The translations under genes were made by a program, and so were the position numbers. This document shows, one piece after another, positions 9,047 to 19,800 of a stretch of 64,000 nt of DNA; positions within the stretch are counted from its first letter, which is position 1, and each line of letters opens with the position of its first letter. The notes below the pieces were generated by a model that did not search any database, was not told the DNA's origin, and worked only from the letters and a program-made list of their open reading frames with translations. Origin of the DNA: Candidatus Eiseniibacteriota bacterium (GTDB lineage: Bacteria > Eisenbacteria > RBG-16-71-46); NCBI GenBank assembly GCA_038231135.1, contig JBBRLX010000008.1, forward strand, positions 73,614-137,613, written 5' to 3'.

Positions 9047-10537
9047 TCATCGCGGCGCCCGGTCCAGCCAGCCGCCCGTAAATCCCGCGGCGCGCAGGCC
9101 GCGGATGACGTGCGGGTTCTTCCGCATCGTGCGCCACACCAGGTCCGAACGATAGTTCTCGGTCATGGCGAGAATTGGACCCTCGTCGATGCCGAGGTAG
9201 TCGGTGTCGTACCAGCCGGCGCCCTGGACCACGTGGCCGGCGGAAACGCCGGCGGCGGAATCCCGCAGCGTAGGATTCACGGCGTCGACGAACCCGTAGC
9301 GTGTGAAGCCGGCGTCGCCGAAGCGATCGCGCATCGCGACCAGCGTCGGCACCACGATCTCGGGCGCGAACGCGATCGAGCCGCCCGCGGCGCTCGGCGA
9401 GATCGTGCCGTCATCGCGCACCGTGTTGAACGTCGCGCCGCGCGGCCAGTAGGTGTGGAACTCGCGTGATCGGCCCGCGATCGTCCGGGTGCCGTCCAGC
9501 GGTCCGTCGCACGCGGTGAGTCCCCACATCCGATCCCCGTAGCCCGCCCAGTTGGCCGGGTTGTCGATCGCATAGGCATGCTGCGCCAGCGTCGCGCGCC
9601 GCGAGTTCTCGAAGTAGTCGAGCCCGCGCGCGCGCATGACGCTGTCGCGGATGCCGCGGAAGTCGACCCAGATGTGCGTGTACTGATATCCGAACAGCGG
9701 GGCGAACCCGAGGTAGTCCTGGCCGTGGAACGTGCCCCACTTGTAGCCCTCGGTGTAAGCCGTCCACGTCTTCGGGTGCACCCGGTGTGTCGTCGAGCCC
9801 AGCGCCAGGATCTGCACCAGCATGGTCTCGTTGTAGCCGCGCCAGTCGTACGGCAGGTGGCCGTGCTCCGGATCCCAGCCCAGCACGATCGTGGGCGGCC
9901 GGATCTGGGTCCACGTCCAGTCGGCGCGGTCGTAGAGCGAATCGGCGATCGCGCGAATTCTCGCTTCCCGCGGATTCGCGCGATCGAAGTACGACTGGCA
10001 GAACAACGCACCCGCGAACAGCAGCGCCGAATCCATCGTCGACAACTCGACGTCCTTGAAGCGCGCGCCGGTCTCGGGCACCAGGAAGTGATAGAAGAAT
10101 CCGCGGTAGCCGGTGCTGCCCGCCCGAGCGGTGTCCTCCCGCGCGGTCCAGAAGAACTCCAGCGTGCGGAGCACGCGCTCGGCGGCAGCCTCGCGCGTGA
10201 CGTAGCCGCGCTCGGCACCGATCGGGTAGGCGGTGAGCGCGAACCCGACCGCGCCCACGCTGATGAACGATTGCGTCGGCCAGCGGTCGGGCGTGAGCCC
10301 GCGCAGCGAATCGCTCAGGTCCCAGAAGAATCCGAACGTGCGGCGCTCGAGCGTGTCGAGGAACGCGGTCTGGCGCGCGCTCGGAACGAACTTGCGTGCG
10401 GGAGCCGTGGGCGTCGCGGTGGCGCCGCCGGCGTGGGCCATCGTCGCGGGCTGGCAGCCGGTGGTGATGAACAGCGCGGCCGCCATGGCGACTGCCAGCG
10501 CCCAGGCCGCGGGCGCGAGACTGGTCCGCACCGTCAT
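9047..10537 (-). CDS. GH144-like ('glucoamylase family') endo-beta-1,2-glucanase, probable lipoprotein
   Basis: ELSTMDSALL, WRGYNE, PLFGYQYTHIWVDFR, YFENSRRATLAQ, WGLTACD, DGTISP, GIDEGP; possible lipobox ITTGC. Confidence 0.85.
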   Translation of the reverse strand: MTVRTSLAPAAWALAVAMAAALFITTGCQPATMAHAGGATATPTAPARKFVPSARQTAFLDTLERRTFGFFWDLSDSLRGLTPDRWPTQSFISVGAVGFALTAYPIGAERGYVTREAAAERVLRTLEFFWTAREDTARAGSTGYRGFFYHFLVPETGARFKDVELSTMDSALLFAGALFCQSYFDRANPREARIRAIADSLYDRADWTWTQIRPPTIVLGWDPEHGHLPYDWRGYNETMLVQILALGSTTHRVHPKTWTAYTEGYKWGTFHGQDYLGFAPLFGYQYTHIWVDFRGIRDSVMRARGLDYFENSRRATLAQHAYAIDNPANWAGYGDRMWGLTACDGPLDGTRTIAGRSREFHTYWPRGATFNTVRDDGTISPSAAGGSIAFAPEIVVPTLVAMRDRFGDAGFTRYGFVDAVNPTLRDSAAGVSAGHVVQGAGWYDTDYLGIDEGPILAMTENYRSDLVWRTMRKNPHVIRGLRAAGFTGGWLDRAPR

Positions 10538-13500
10538 CCGAGCACCACGTCCACGCGATGCACTTCGCCGTCGCGCAGCACGGGAACGCTCACGCCATCC
10601 TCCGCCACGTCGAGAGCCTCGCCGTCGAGGCTCGCCGACACCACGCGCCCCGCGCGCTTGCCGCGGCGCTCCACACGCACCTCGTAGCGTCCCGCGGTTC
10701 CCGGCACGCGCCAGTCGAGCTCATAGCCCGGCCAGTCGTCGGGGATCCGCGGCGCGATCACCAGCGTGTCGCCGCCGTGCCACGTGACCCCCAGCACTGA
10801 TTCGATCGTGACGCGCAGCATCCAGCCCGCCGAGCCCGTGTACCAGGTCCAGCCGCCGCGGCCGACGTGGGGAGCGGCGCCGTACACGTCCGCCGCGATC
10901 ACGTACGGCTCCACGCGATAGTTCGCGATGCGCGCGGGAGTGCGGGTGTGGGTGACGGGGCTCAGCATCTCGAGCAGTGGTGCCGCGCGGTCGCGGCGGC
11001 CCAGCTCGGCCAGCGCGCGCACCACCCACAGCGCGGCGTGCGTATACTGCCCGCCGTTCTCGCGCACGCCGGGCACGTAGCCCTTGATGTAGCCCGGGTC
11101 GTGCGGAGTGTGCTCGAACGGCGGCGTGAGCAGCCGGATCAGCCCTTCCGCCTCCGACACCAGCAGTTTCTCGACCGCATCCATCGCCCGCCCGGCCCGC
11201 GCCGGCGGCACCGCACCGGAGATCACCGACCATGCCTGCGCCAGCGCGTCGATGCGGCATTCGTCGCCGGTCTTGGAACCGAGCGGCGTGCCGTCGTCGT
11301 AGTAGCCCCTGCGATACCAACCACCGTCCCAGCCGCCGGACTCGAGCGCGGCCACGAGTTTCGCGCGATGCTGCGCGTAGCGTGCGGCGCGGGCGGTGTC
11401 GCCGCGGCGTTCGCACGCCGGGATGAAGCCGCCGAGCACGGCGTGGAGGAAGAACCCCATCCACACGCTCTCGCCGCGGCCCTCGCGCCCCACGCGGTTC
11501 ATGCCGTCGTTCCAGTCGCCGGTGCCGAACAACGGCAGACCGTGGGCGCCGGTCGCGAGCGAGCGGTCGATCGCGCGGCAGCAGTGTTCGTACACGATCC
11601 CCGCCCGGCCGGCGTCCGTCGGTTCGAGCAGCGCCTCGTCCTCGCCCGGCTCGAGCTGGCGCGCCCTTAGGAAGGGTGCAGACTCGTCGAGCACGCTCCA
11701 GTCGCCGGTCTGGTCCACGTAGTTCATCGCCAGATACGGCAGCCATAGCAGGTCGTCCACAAAGCGCGTGCGCAGCCCGCGATCCGACGGCGGGTGCCAC
11801 CAGTGGAGCACGTCGCCCTGCGCGAACTGGTGGCCGGCGTGCAGCAGCACCTGGCCGCGCGCGAGCTCGGGCGCCCACATCGTCAGCGACATCGCGTCCT
11901 GGAGCTGGTCGCGGAACCCGTACGCGCCGCCCGACTGGTAGAACGCCGACCGCGCCCAGATCCGGCACGCCAGCGTCTGGTAGGCGAGCCAGCCGTTCGC
12001 CATGAGATCGATCGCGGGCCGCGGCGTGGAGATTCGCACCCCCGACACGAGCTCCGCCCAGAACGCCCGCACCTCGGCGAGCGCCGCGTCGATCGCGCCC
12101 GGCGCGCGGTAACGGCGCGCGAGCGCCCACGCCGCGGCTGGATCGCGCGCCTCACCCAGCAGGAATGTCACGACGCCCGTGGCGCCCGCGGCCACGTCGA
12201 GCCGCGCGCGCAGCGCGAAGCACGGCTCGCGATCGGTGCCGGTCGCTCGGTCGAGATCGCGGCCCTCGGCGACCGCCCGGGGCGCGGCCACCGTGCCGCG
12301 CGTGCCCAGGAACGACGCGCGGTCGCCGGTGAAACCCGGCCGCGGCGCGCCGGCGGGCAGCACAGCCGCGGCGAACGCGGAGCTCGCGGGCAGCGTGTCG
12401 CGCTCGCGGCGCCGCGCGAGCAGCACACCCGCGTCGGTATCCCACGTCGTGATCAGGGTACGCGCCGCGGCCCTGGGATCGTCGCCCAGGACCAGGCGCT
12501 GATACGAATACACCGCGAGCCGCCGCGGCCTGGAACCCAGGTTCGTGATCGCGACCGACACCACCTTGAGCGGATCCTCGCGCGGCACGAACAGCGTGGT
12601 GTCGTGTTCGAGCCCGTGGCTCGCGTGGGTGCAGCGGGTGTAGCCGAAGCCGTGGCGCACCTCGTAGCCGGCGGCCGCCGGAGCCGGACCCGGCAACGGC
12701 GACCAGTATTCGCCGGTGTCCTCGTCGCGCACGTACCACGCCTCGCCGTGCGGATCGAGCAGCGGATCGTTGCTCCACGGCGTGAGCCGGTACTCGCGGC
12801 TGTTGCCGCTCCACGTCGAGCCCGCGCCGGTCTCGCTCACCAGGGTGCCGAACGATTCGTTCGCGAGCACGTTGATCCACGGCGCCGGCGGCCGCAGCAG
12901 CCCGGCGCGGGCACGGTGCGGCAGGCGGATCACATACTCGGAACCGTCTGCCGAGAACGCGCCGTGGGCATTCCGCTCGCGCAGCTGTTCCGGGCGCGCG
13001 GCGCGCCGCGGCGGCCGCGCCGGAGCCCGCGGCGCTTCCGGAGGCGACTCGTAGTTCCGGGGCAGGCTGTCGAGCAGCGAGGCATGGCGCCCGTGCGGCT
13101 TGCCGCCGACGGGCGTGGTGCCCTGGAGCTGCGCCACCGTCGCCGCGTCGCGCCGCGCGGCCTCGGCGGCGCTCACGCCCTCGAGCGCGTGCGCCTCACG
13201 CGCGTGGGCGGCGGCGCGCTCGAACGCGGCGTTCGCCGTGGCGACGGGCCGCCGCACCAGCGCCAGCGCCTCGTCGCGCCCGGCGGCGGCACCGAGCAGC
13301 AGCAGCACCCGCGCCGTACCGCCGGGCGCGAGCCGTACGACGCGGCGCAGACTCACCACCGGATCGAGCACGTTGCCCACGGTGCCCGACAACCGGCCGC
13401 TGCCGGTCAGCGCCCGCGGCGACTCGAGACTCCCACCGCGGCCCACGAACCGCTCGCGGTCGGTCTCGTGCTGAACGGCCCCCGGCCCCGGCATGGCGTG

Positions 13501-14085
13501 CACGAGCCAGGGATGCGTCTCATCGGGGCTGCGCGGGCGGCGGCGCACCAGCAGTGCGCGCTCGGCGGCGGCCCATTCGGTCTGTAGAAACAGCTTGGAG
13601 TACGCGGGGTGCGCGGCATCGGCCGCGGCGTCGTGCAGCACCACCTCGGCGTAGCTCGTGACTTCGATGCGGCGCGCGCGGCGCGAACGGTTGTGCAACG
13701 TGACGCGGCGCACCTCGAGCGGCAGTCCCGGATCGACGCAGACTTCGAGTCGCGACTCGATGCCGTGATCGCGGCGCGCGATTTCGAACACCCCCGGCCG
13801 CCAGATCGCGTCGTACGCCTCGGGCGCCGACCGCACGGGCTCGTGGCCCGCCGACCACACCTGGGCGCCGTCGAGATCCCGCAGATACACGAGTGTGCCC
13901 TCGCGATCCTCGATCGGATCGCCGGCCCAGCGCGTGAGCGTGGTCGCCCCGCACGTCGTCACGCCGGTGCCGTAGGCGGTGATCACCGCCTGGAACGCGG
14001 CGTCGCCGAGCACCGCCGCGGGCGTCAGCGGCGTCCGGGGTCCGGTCACGCCCGGGCTAGGCGGCGCGACTTCGATCGTGGACAT
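10534..14085 (-). CDS. GH94 glycoside phosphorylase (NdvB/Cgs C-terminal-like, two beta-supersandwich domains)
   Basis: HPAYSKLFLQTE, PWINVLAN..FGTLVSE, RSAFYQSGGAYGFRDQLQD, GDWNDGMN, RENGGQYTHAA, WTWYTGSAGW; no signal peptide. Confidence 0.9.
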   Translation of the reverse strand: MSTIEVAPPSPGVTGPRTPLTPAAVLGDAAFQAVITAYGTGVTTCGATTLTRWAGDPIEDREGTLVYLRDLDGAQVWSAGHEPVRSAPEAYDAIWRPGVFEIARRDHGIESRLEVCVDPGLPLEVRRVTLHNRSRRARRIEVTSYAEVVLHDAAADAAHPAYSKLFLQTEWAAAERALLVRRRPRSPDETHPWLVHAMPGPGAVQHETDRERFVGRGGSLESPRALTGSGRLSGTVGNVLDPVVSLRRVVRLAPGGTARVLLLLGAAAGRDEALALVRRPVATANAAFERAAAHAREAHALEGVSAAEAARRDAATVAQLQGTTPVGGKPHGRHASLLDSLPRNYESPPEAPRAPARPPRRAARPEQLRERNAHGAFSADGSEYVIRLPHRARAGLLRPPAPWINVLANESFGTLVSETGAGSTWSGNSREYRLTPWSNDPLLDPHGEAWYVRDEDTGEYWSPLPGPAPAAAGYEVRHGFGYTRCTHASHGLEHDTTLFVPREDPLKVVSVAITNLGSRPRRLAVYSYQRLVLGDDPRAAARTLITTWDTDAGVLLARRRERDTLPASSAFAAAVLPAGAPRPGFTGDRASFLGTRGTVAAPRAVAEGRDLDRATGTDREPCFALRARLDVAAGATGVVTFLLGEARDPAAAWALARRYRAPGAIDAALAEVRAFWAELVSGVRISTPRPAIDLMANGWLAYQTLACRIWARSAFYQSGGAYGFRDQLQDAMSLTMWAPELARGQVLLHAGHQFAQGDVLHWWHPPSDRGLRTRFVDDLLWLPYLAMNYVDQTGDWSVLDESAPFLRARQLEPGEDEALLEPTDAGRAGIVYEHCCRAIDRSLATGAHGLPLFGTGDWNDGMNRVGREGRGESVWMGFFLHAVLGGFIPACERRGDTARAARYAQHRAKLVAALESGGWDGGWYRRGYYDDGTPLGSKTGDECRIDALAQAWSVISGAVPPARAGRAMDAVEKLLVSEAEGLIRLLTPPFEHTPHDPGYIKGYVPGVRENGGQYTHAALWVVRALAELGRRDRAAPLLEMLSPVTHTRTPARIANYRVEPYVIAADVYGAAPHVGRGGWTWYTGSAGWMLRVTIESVLGVTWHGGDTLVIAPRIPDDWPGYELDWRVPGTAGRYEVRVERRGKRAGRVVSASLDGEALDVAEDGVSVPVLRDGEVHRVDVVLG

Positions 14086-14167
14086 GAGGGGTGGACTCCG
14101 TCCCGCGGACCGCAACGGACCGTGGGACCGGCGAAATGGAACGGGCGGGCGTACGGCGCAACCGCGG

Positions 14168-15751
14168 TCAGCGCAGCAGCACGCACTTCTGGAGCTGGGA
14201 ACGATTGCCGGCATCGAGCCGGTAGTAGTACACGCCACTCCCGAGCCCGCGGCCCCGGAGCGTCACCACCTGATTGCCTGCCGGCCGCACCCCGTCGACG
14301 AGCCGCGCGACTTCGCGTCCGGTCACGTCGTAGACGCGCAGCGTGACGTGCTCCGTAACCGGCAGCCGGAACCGGATCGAGGTCTCGTCGCGGAACGGAT
14401 TCGGCTCGCTGCGCAGCAGCAGCAAGTCGCCCGCCACGGCGGGCCCCGGCACGTCCGTGGTGGTGCGCAGGAAGCCCGCCTTCGCGAGGCCAACCTGCAC
14501 GTAGGAGTTCTGCATGAAGCGGTCCCAGATCGAGCTGTTGAGGTAGTTCTCGATCATCAGCACCATCGGGCCCTGATCGATGCCGAGGAAGTCGGAATCG
14601 TACCAGGGCGTGCCGGTGAGGTTGAACGCGTCGCGGAACCCGTACGTGCCCCATAGTTGGGGATACGCGTTCCGCATGTTGCGAATCGCGGGGATCGAGA
14701 TCTCGGGCGCGAACGGCAGCGAGCTGGTCGCCGCGGTCGGAGAGATCGTGCCGTTGTCGGTCTGCGCCGGCGGCGCGCCGTGCGCGTTATAGCCGCCCGG
14801 GTCATCGCTGGCCGTGAGACCCCACAGGCTGTCGCTGTAGCCCGTGAAGTGGCCGGGGTTCGCGATGCAGTAAGCCCGCTGCGCGAGTGTGGCGCGGCGC
14901 GAGTTCTCGAAGTAGGTGATGCCCTTGCCGCGCATGTACGTGTCGGCAATGTAGCGGAAGTCCACCCAGCAGTGCGAATACTGATGACCAAATAGCGGCG
15001 GGAAGATCACGTAGGTCTGGCCATACTGGGTTTGATAGTTATAGTTGCTGGTCCAGGTGTTCCACGGATTGCCGGAGCCTGCGGTTGCGGGATGGGTCGG
15101 GGAACCGAGCGCCAGGATGTAGATGATCATGCCCTCGTTGTAGCCAACCCATTGTCCGTAGCCGGCGAAGCCGGGGCCGCCCGGCTGAAAACCCATCAGG
15201 ATGCCGGGGTTGAGGTTCTGCATGAACCGCCAGTCGGCCCGGCGGTAGATCGAATCCGCCCGCGCGCGAATCAGCGTCTCCAGCGAGTCGGTGCTCGAGA
15301 AGTACTGGCGCGCGTGCAGCATGCCCGCGAACAGTAGCGCGGTGTCGATCGTCGACAACTCCGAGTCGTAGGTGCGCCCACCCGTATTCATGTCGAGGAA
15401 GTGCCAGAACAGGCCTTTGTACCCGATCGTCCCGCTCACGCTGTTGCCCTGCGGAAAGTTCCAGAACGTATTGAGCGTGGTGAGCACGCGGTCGCGGCCC
15501 TGATCGCGCGTGATCCAGCCGTGATCGATGCCGACCGTGATCGCCGACAGGCCGAATCCGACCGCGGCGATGCTCGCCGGCGAGCCCGACGTGCTGCGGT
15601 CGCGGACCAGCCCGTTGCTGGGGTTGGCCTCGTTCCAGAAATACGAAAACGCCCGGTGCTGGACGCTGTCGAGCAGTGCTTCGGTGGTCTGGGCGCTCGC
15701 GGCCGTCGTGAACGTGAGCAAGGCTGCGAGTGCGAGGAGCGTGCGTATCAT
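14168..15751 (-). CDS. GH144-like endo-beta-1,2-glucanase with C-terminal T9SS-like/FlgD-Ig domain
   Basis: Signal peptide; ELSTIDTALL, WVGYNE, PLFGHQYSHCWVDFR, WGLTASD, GIDQGP; C-term PNPF..VYDVTGREV..SGVYYYRL. Confidence 0.88.
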   Translation of the reverse strand: MIRTLLALAALLTFTTAASAQTTEALLDSVQHRAFSYFWNEANPSNGLVRDRSTSGSPASIAAVGFGLSAITVGIDHGWITRDQGRDRVLTTLNTFWNFPQGNSVSGTIGYKGLFWHFLDMNTGGRTYDSELSTIDTALLFAGMLHARQYFSSTDSLETLIRARADSIYRRADWRFMQNLNPGILMGFQPGGPGFAGYGQWVGYNEGMIIYILALGSPTHPATAGSGNPWNTWTSNYNYQTQYGQTYVIFPPLFGHQYSHCWVDFRYIADTYMRGKGITYFENSRRATLAQRAYCIANPGHFTGYSDSLWGLTASDDPGGYNAHGAPPAQTDNGTISPTAATSSLPFAPEISIPAIRNMRNAYPQLWGTYGFRDAFNLTGTPWYDSDFLGIDQGPMVLMIENYLNSSIWDRFMQNSYVQVGLAKAGFLRTTTDVPGPAVAGDLLLLRSEPNPFRDETSIRFRLPVTEHVTLRVYDVTGREVARLVDGVRPAGNQVVTLRGRGLGSGVYYYRLDAGNRSQLQKCVLLR

Positions 15752-15804
15752 GAGTACCCCTGATGCGGCAGACCGGCGGGAACATTCCCAGCCGGCGAAT
15801 TGGT

Positions 15805-16824
15805 TCAGAACGTCAAACCCACCGACACTCGATGGGTGCTGCCCAGCCGTCCCTGGTCGGCCCACGCGTAGTCGAGCCGGTATGCGTACACGTCAATCTT
15901 ACCCTGAACGCCGCCGCCAGCTGTCAGGCCGACCTCGGATTCGGGTAGAAACGCATTCTGATAGCCCAAACGCAGGGCAAACTGGTTGCGATAGGTCAAT
16001 TCGGCGCCCGCGCTCATGCTCTCGGCGTTGTCGTTGGGGTGGAATGCGTCGACCGCAAGATTGAGCCGTGTCGCGGGATTGATCCGCACCGGCAGGCCGA
16101 GCCCGACCCGGAACAGCAGCGGCACCGAGAACGGGTCGGTGAACTCCTCCGCCGGCAGCTGTCCGTTGTCGCCGAACACCGAGGGGTCCTGGTCGTACGT
16201 CACACGCAGGTCGCGCCCGCCGTAGCGTCCCTGGGTGCCGAAGTTCGACAGGCTGGCGCCCAGATGGAGGCCGTTCTCCGAGGTGCGGAACAGCGTCCCG
16301 ATGTTGATCACCGAGGTCGTCAGCGAGGTGTGCCAGATCGTCTCCTGGACGTACGAGAACTGGATGCCGGCCGAGAACCTGTCGGTGATCTCCTTGCCGT
16401 AACCCAGGCCGATCGCGACATCCGACACGCGGTACAGTTCGCCGGTGCCGAGCGGAGCGCTCACCGTCCGCACCTCGATGTCGCCCGAGTTGAGCGACGT
16501 CACCGAGGCGTAGCCGTTGCCCCACTTGCCGAGCGGCAGCGCCCCCGTGATGTGGTCGTAGGTGATGCCGGCGATCCACGCGCTGTGCGAGACCAGCAGC
16601 GCCGCGCCGCCCTCGCGTCCGATCGCCGCCGGGTTGTAGTACACGGCGTCGAGTCCGTAATCGAGCGACACGCCGGCGTTGCCCATCCCGGCGATGCGCG
16701 CGCTCGGCTCGATCAGCAGGAAGTCACCGACCGTCGTGCCCGACTTGCTCTGGGCCTCCGCCGTCCGGGCGGACAGCAGCGACGTCAGGATGGCCGCGAT
16801 CCACAGGTGCCGGGTCGGCGTCAT
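15805..16824 (-). CDS. PorV/PorQ-family outer-membrane beta-barrel protein
   Basis: FLLIEPSARIAGMGNA, AVYYNPA, RLDYAW..LGSTHRVSVGLTF with terminal Phe; ATG overlaps upstream stop. Confidence 0.85.
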   Translation of the reverse strand: MTPTRHLWIAAILTSLLSARTAEAQSKSGTTVGDFLLIEPSARIAGMGNAGVSLDYGLDAVYYNPAAIGREGGAALLVSHSAWIAGITYDHITGALPLGKWGNGYASVTSLNSGDIEVRTVSAPLGTGELYRVSDVAIGLGYGKEITDRFSAGIQFSYVQETIWHTSLTTSVINIGTLFRTSENGLHLGASLSNFGTQGRYGGRDLRVTYDQDPSVFGDNGQLPAEEFTDPFSVPLLFRVGLGLPVRINPATRLNLAVDAFHPNDNAESMSAGAELTYRNQFALRLGYQNAFLPESEVGLTAGGGVQGKIDVYAYRLDYAWADQGRLGSTHRVSVGLTF

Positions 16825-19800
16825 TTGATCACCGCGAACTTGCCCACATAGTCGCCGATGCCCGGCGCCGCCACATGATAGACGAACAGCCCCGGTGCCA
16901 CGTCCAGGTTGTCGCGTGTCCTCAGGTCCCACGCCACGAACCCGTTGTTCGAGCCGTCCTGGCGCAGCGTCTGCACCAGATCGCCGCGCACGGTGTAGAT
17001 GCGGATCACCGAACCCTGCGGGATCGCGCGGAACTCCAGGCGCCGGTCGCCGCGGCCCGAGGTCGCGAACCGGGCCGGCTCGAACGACGCCGCACCCGTG
17101 TACGGGTTCGGCACCACGTACGGCTTGTCCGCCCACGCCACCTTCGCCGCGGCGGGATCCACGTGCTGCGCCTGCGTCGAGAACGTGAACACGTCGTCCG
17201 AGCTGAGCGGACGCCTCAGCCTCAGGTCGAAGACGTCGCCGGCATGCGGCGCCACGATCGGCCCGCGGAGGCCCTGCCCCAGCGTGTCGAGCTGGACACG
17301 CCACGTCACCTGCGAGTCCCGCGTCGCCACGTTCGCGAACGTCATGATGTCGATCAGTTCGTCGGCCCGGCTGAGCGTGCCGTTGTTGTCGAAGTCACGG
17401 AACCGGAAGTCGAGCTGCCGGTCGCCCTGCGGCGTGTGCGCGACGATCAGGAACTTGGCGGGCTTGGCCTGGAACCCGATGCCGGCCACGATCGCCGTGT
17501 CCTTCACCACGTCGTAGAACGTGATCGTGATGTCGTCGGGGTAGCCGGGCCGCCGGAAATTGCTCCCCAGCGTCTTGGAGTAGATCACCGACAATCGCGT
17601 GTTCGTCCGCCCGACGTTGCTGTCCGGCTCGAACCCGGTGCGCGTCGGATCGACGGTGGTCTCGGGCGCGTTCACGATCACCGGCAGCAAGCCGTCTCCC
17701 ACCGGGCCGATGCCCTCGCCGTTCAGGTCGGTCCCGGACCCGAACAGCCTGGTCCCCGCGGTGCTGTCGAACATCGCGTACGACGTGGCGCGGATGCTGT
17801 CGGAATCGGGCGTCGCGAATGTGATCTTGAATACGTGGTCCTGCGGAATCAGGTTCGAGTCCACGATCCGGAGCGCGACCTGCCCGCTGCCGCGGCCTGC
17901 GACGTGCGCGGCGGTGTCCACTGTGGCACCGACGAAGCCGGGCACCATGGGATTCGGCCGCACCGCGACCGCGTTCGGCGGCAGGATCAAGCCGCCGCGC
18001 GGCGTGCGCGACACCGAGATCGAGTTCTCGGACGGGTAGAACGCCAGCGAATCGGGCACGCCGTCGGGCGAGCCGTAGTCGTAGGAGGTCACGGCGTAGT
18101 AGTACTGCTGCCCGTTCACGGCCGAGGTGTCGGTCCAGGTGTGCGTGATGCCGGTCTCGTTGCCGAGGAAGTACGCGACGCCATCCACGGTCTTCTTCGA
18201 ATAGCCCTGGCGCCCGTCCTTGAGGTCGAACTGGATGATCGGTTTGCCATTCACCGGCAGCGGATTGCCGCGGCCGCTGGTGAGCACGTGCGCGTCGAGG
18301 AAATCGGGGTCGGTCGCGCGGTAGATGCGGTACCCCTCGAAGTCGTTGACGAACGACACCGGGTCGATCGAGCGCTCGGCGACGTCGTCCCACGACAACC
18401 GCACCTTCCCGTCGCCGGCCTCGGCGCGCAGCGTCGGCTGCTGCGGCGGCACCGCGAACTGGTAGTTCGCGGTGTAGATCTGCTGCACGGTATGGATCGT
18501 CTCGCGCAGCTCCGACAGGTCCGCGGCATAGGACAGCGCGAGGCTGAACCGCTCGCGCTTGCCGGCCTCGAGCCGGAACGGGCCCGACGCGAACAGGAAT
18601 CCGATGTTGTAGTTCGCCGCGACCGCGGAATCGAATCGCGCCGCCGGGTTCAGGTCGGTGAAGTGCTCGTACAACCGCTGCGGCCAGTTGTTGTTGTCGG
18701 TGAAGAACAGGATGTCGTCGGTGCGCGTATCGGGATTGCCGACACCGGCCTTGATCCGGTTCATCTTGAAGCCGGTGAGGCCGATCTGGTCGGACTCGTT
18801 GAGGTCGGTGCGATCGAAGTTCGGCTCGCCCTCGGTGGGGATGCCGTCGCCCTCACCGGTGTCGTGCGTGTCGGGGATGCCGTCGGCGCCGACGTCGTTG
18901 AGGTCGGCGGTCCAGTCCAGGTCCTCGTCCCCCGTCCACCAGCGCCCGGCACGAAACGCCGGCCGGTTGTCGAGCAGCCCGTAGTACGCCTCGAATTTCG
19001 CGAGATCGTAGTGCGCCTCGACGTAGGCGCGGATCGCCGGCTTGCCCTCGATCAGCGTGCCCGGACCGCCGTCGCGCTTCTCGTCGGTGATGCCGTCGCC
19101 GTCGTTGTCCACCCCGTCGAACGGATTGCCGGGGGTCTCGAGGTACGAGTAGCCCATGTAGCCGGTCGGCGAGCAGCGGCCCGCGAGATCGACGCCGTGC
19201 CCGTAGGTGTCCCACGTGTACACCAGGTTCAACCCCAGCGACTTGTCGAAGAACGCATTGTCGTCGTCGGATTCGTAGACGCCGTCGCACGACAACGCCG
19301 AGCCGCCGACGCCCGAGTCCATGTAGAGCCCGAACACGACGTTGTCGTCGTAGGTCGTGGTGCCTTCGTTCGTGATGTCGTAGTGCCAGAAGATCACGTT
19401 GCCGGCCTGCGGATTCGACCACTGGAATCCACGCACCTCGACGCGCAGCCCGAGCCCGTGGCGACTGAGATCGGTGCTGTCGGGATTGAAGTCGAACGCG
19501 TCGTAGAAATCATCGTCCATCACCGTGAACGATTCCTGGTCCGCCGCCGGGCGTTTGCCGAAGTAGCCGTCCCACGAGCCGCTCCAGCCCGGATCGTCGG
19601 GGTCGATGAGCTTGTCGGGCCAGCGGTTCGGCCACGTGCGCGGGTCGTTGCTGATCGCGGGCGACCGGCCGCGGTTGATCGTGGGGTCGGCCTGGGAAAA
19701 TCCGGGCCGCGGCTCGAAGCGCATCACGCGGTTGAAGTACGGGCTGATGCCCTGCCGCTCGCGGAAACCGGTCTCCATGATGTACGCGTCGAGGCCGCTG

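Noticed and set aside
10534..14238. Cyclic beta-1,2-glucan synthase (full ndvB/cgs)
   Set aside because: No GT84 or transmembrane region; far too short
9047..15751. True glucoamylases / starch locus
   Set aside because: Motifs match the GH144-type 'glucoamylase family' label, not GH15; no GH13 present; neighbours are GH94 and GH1
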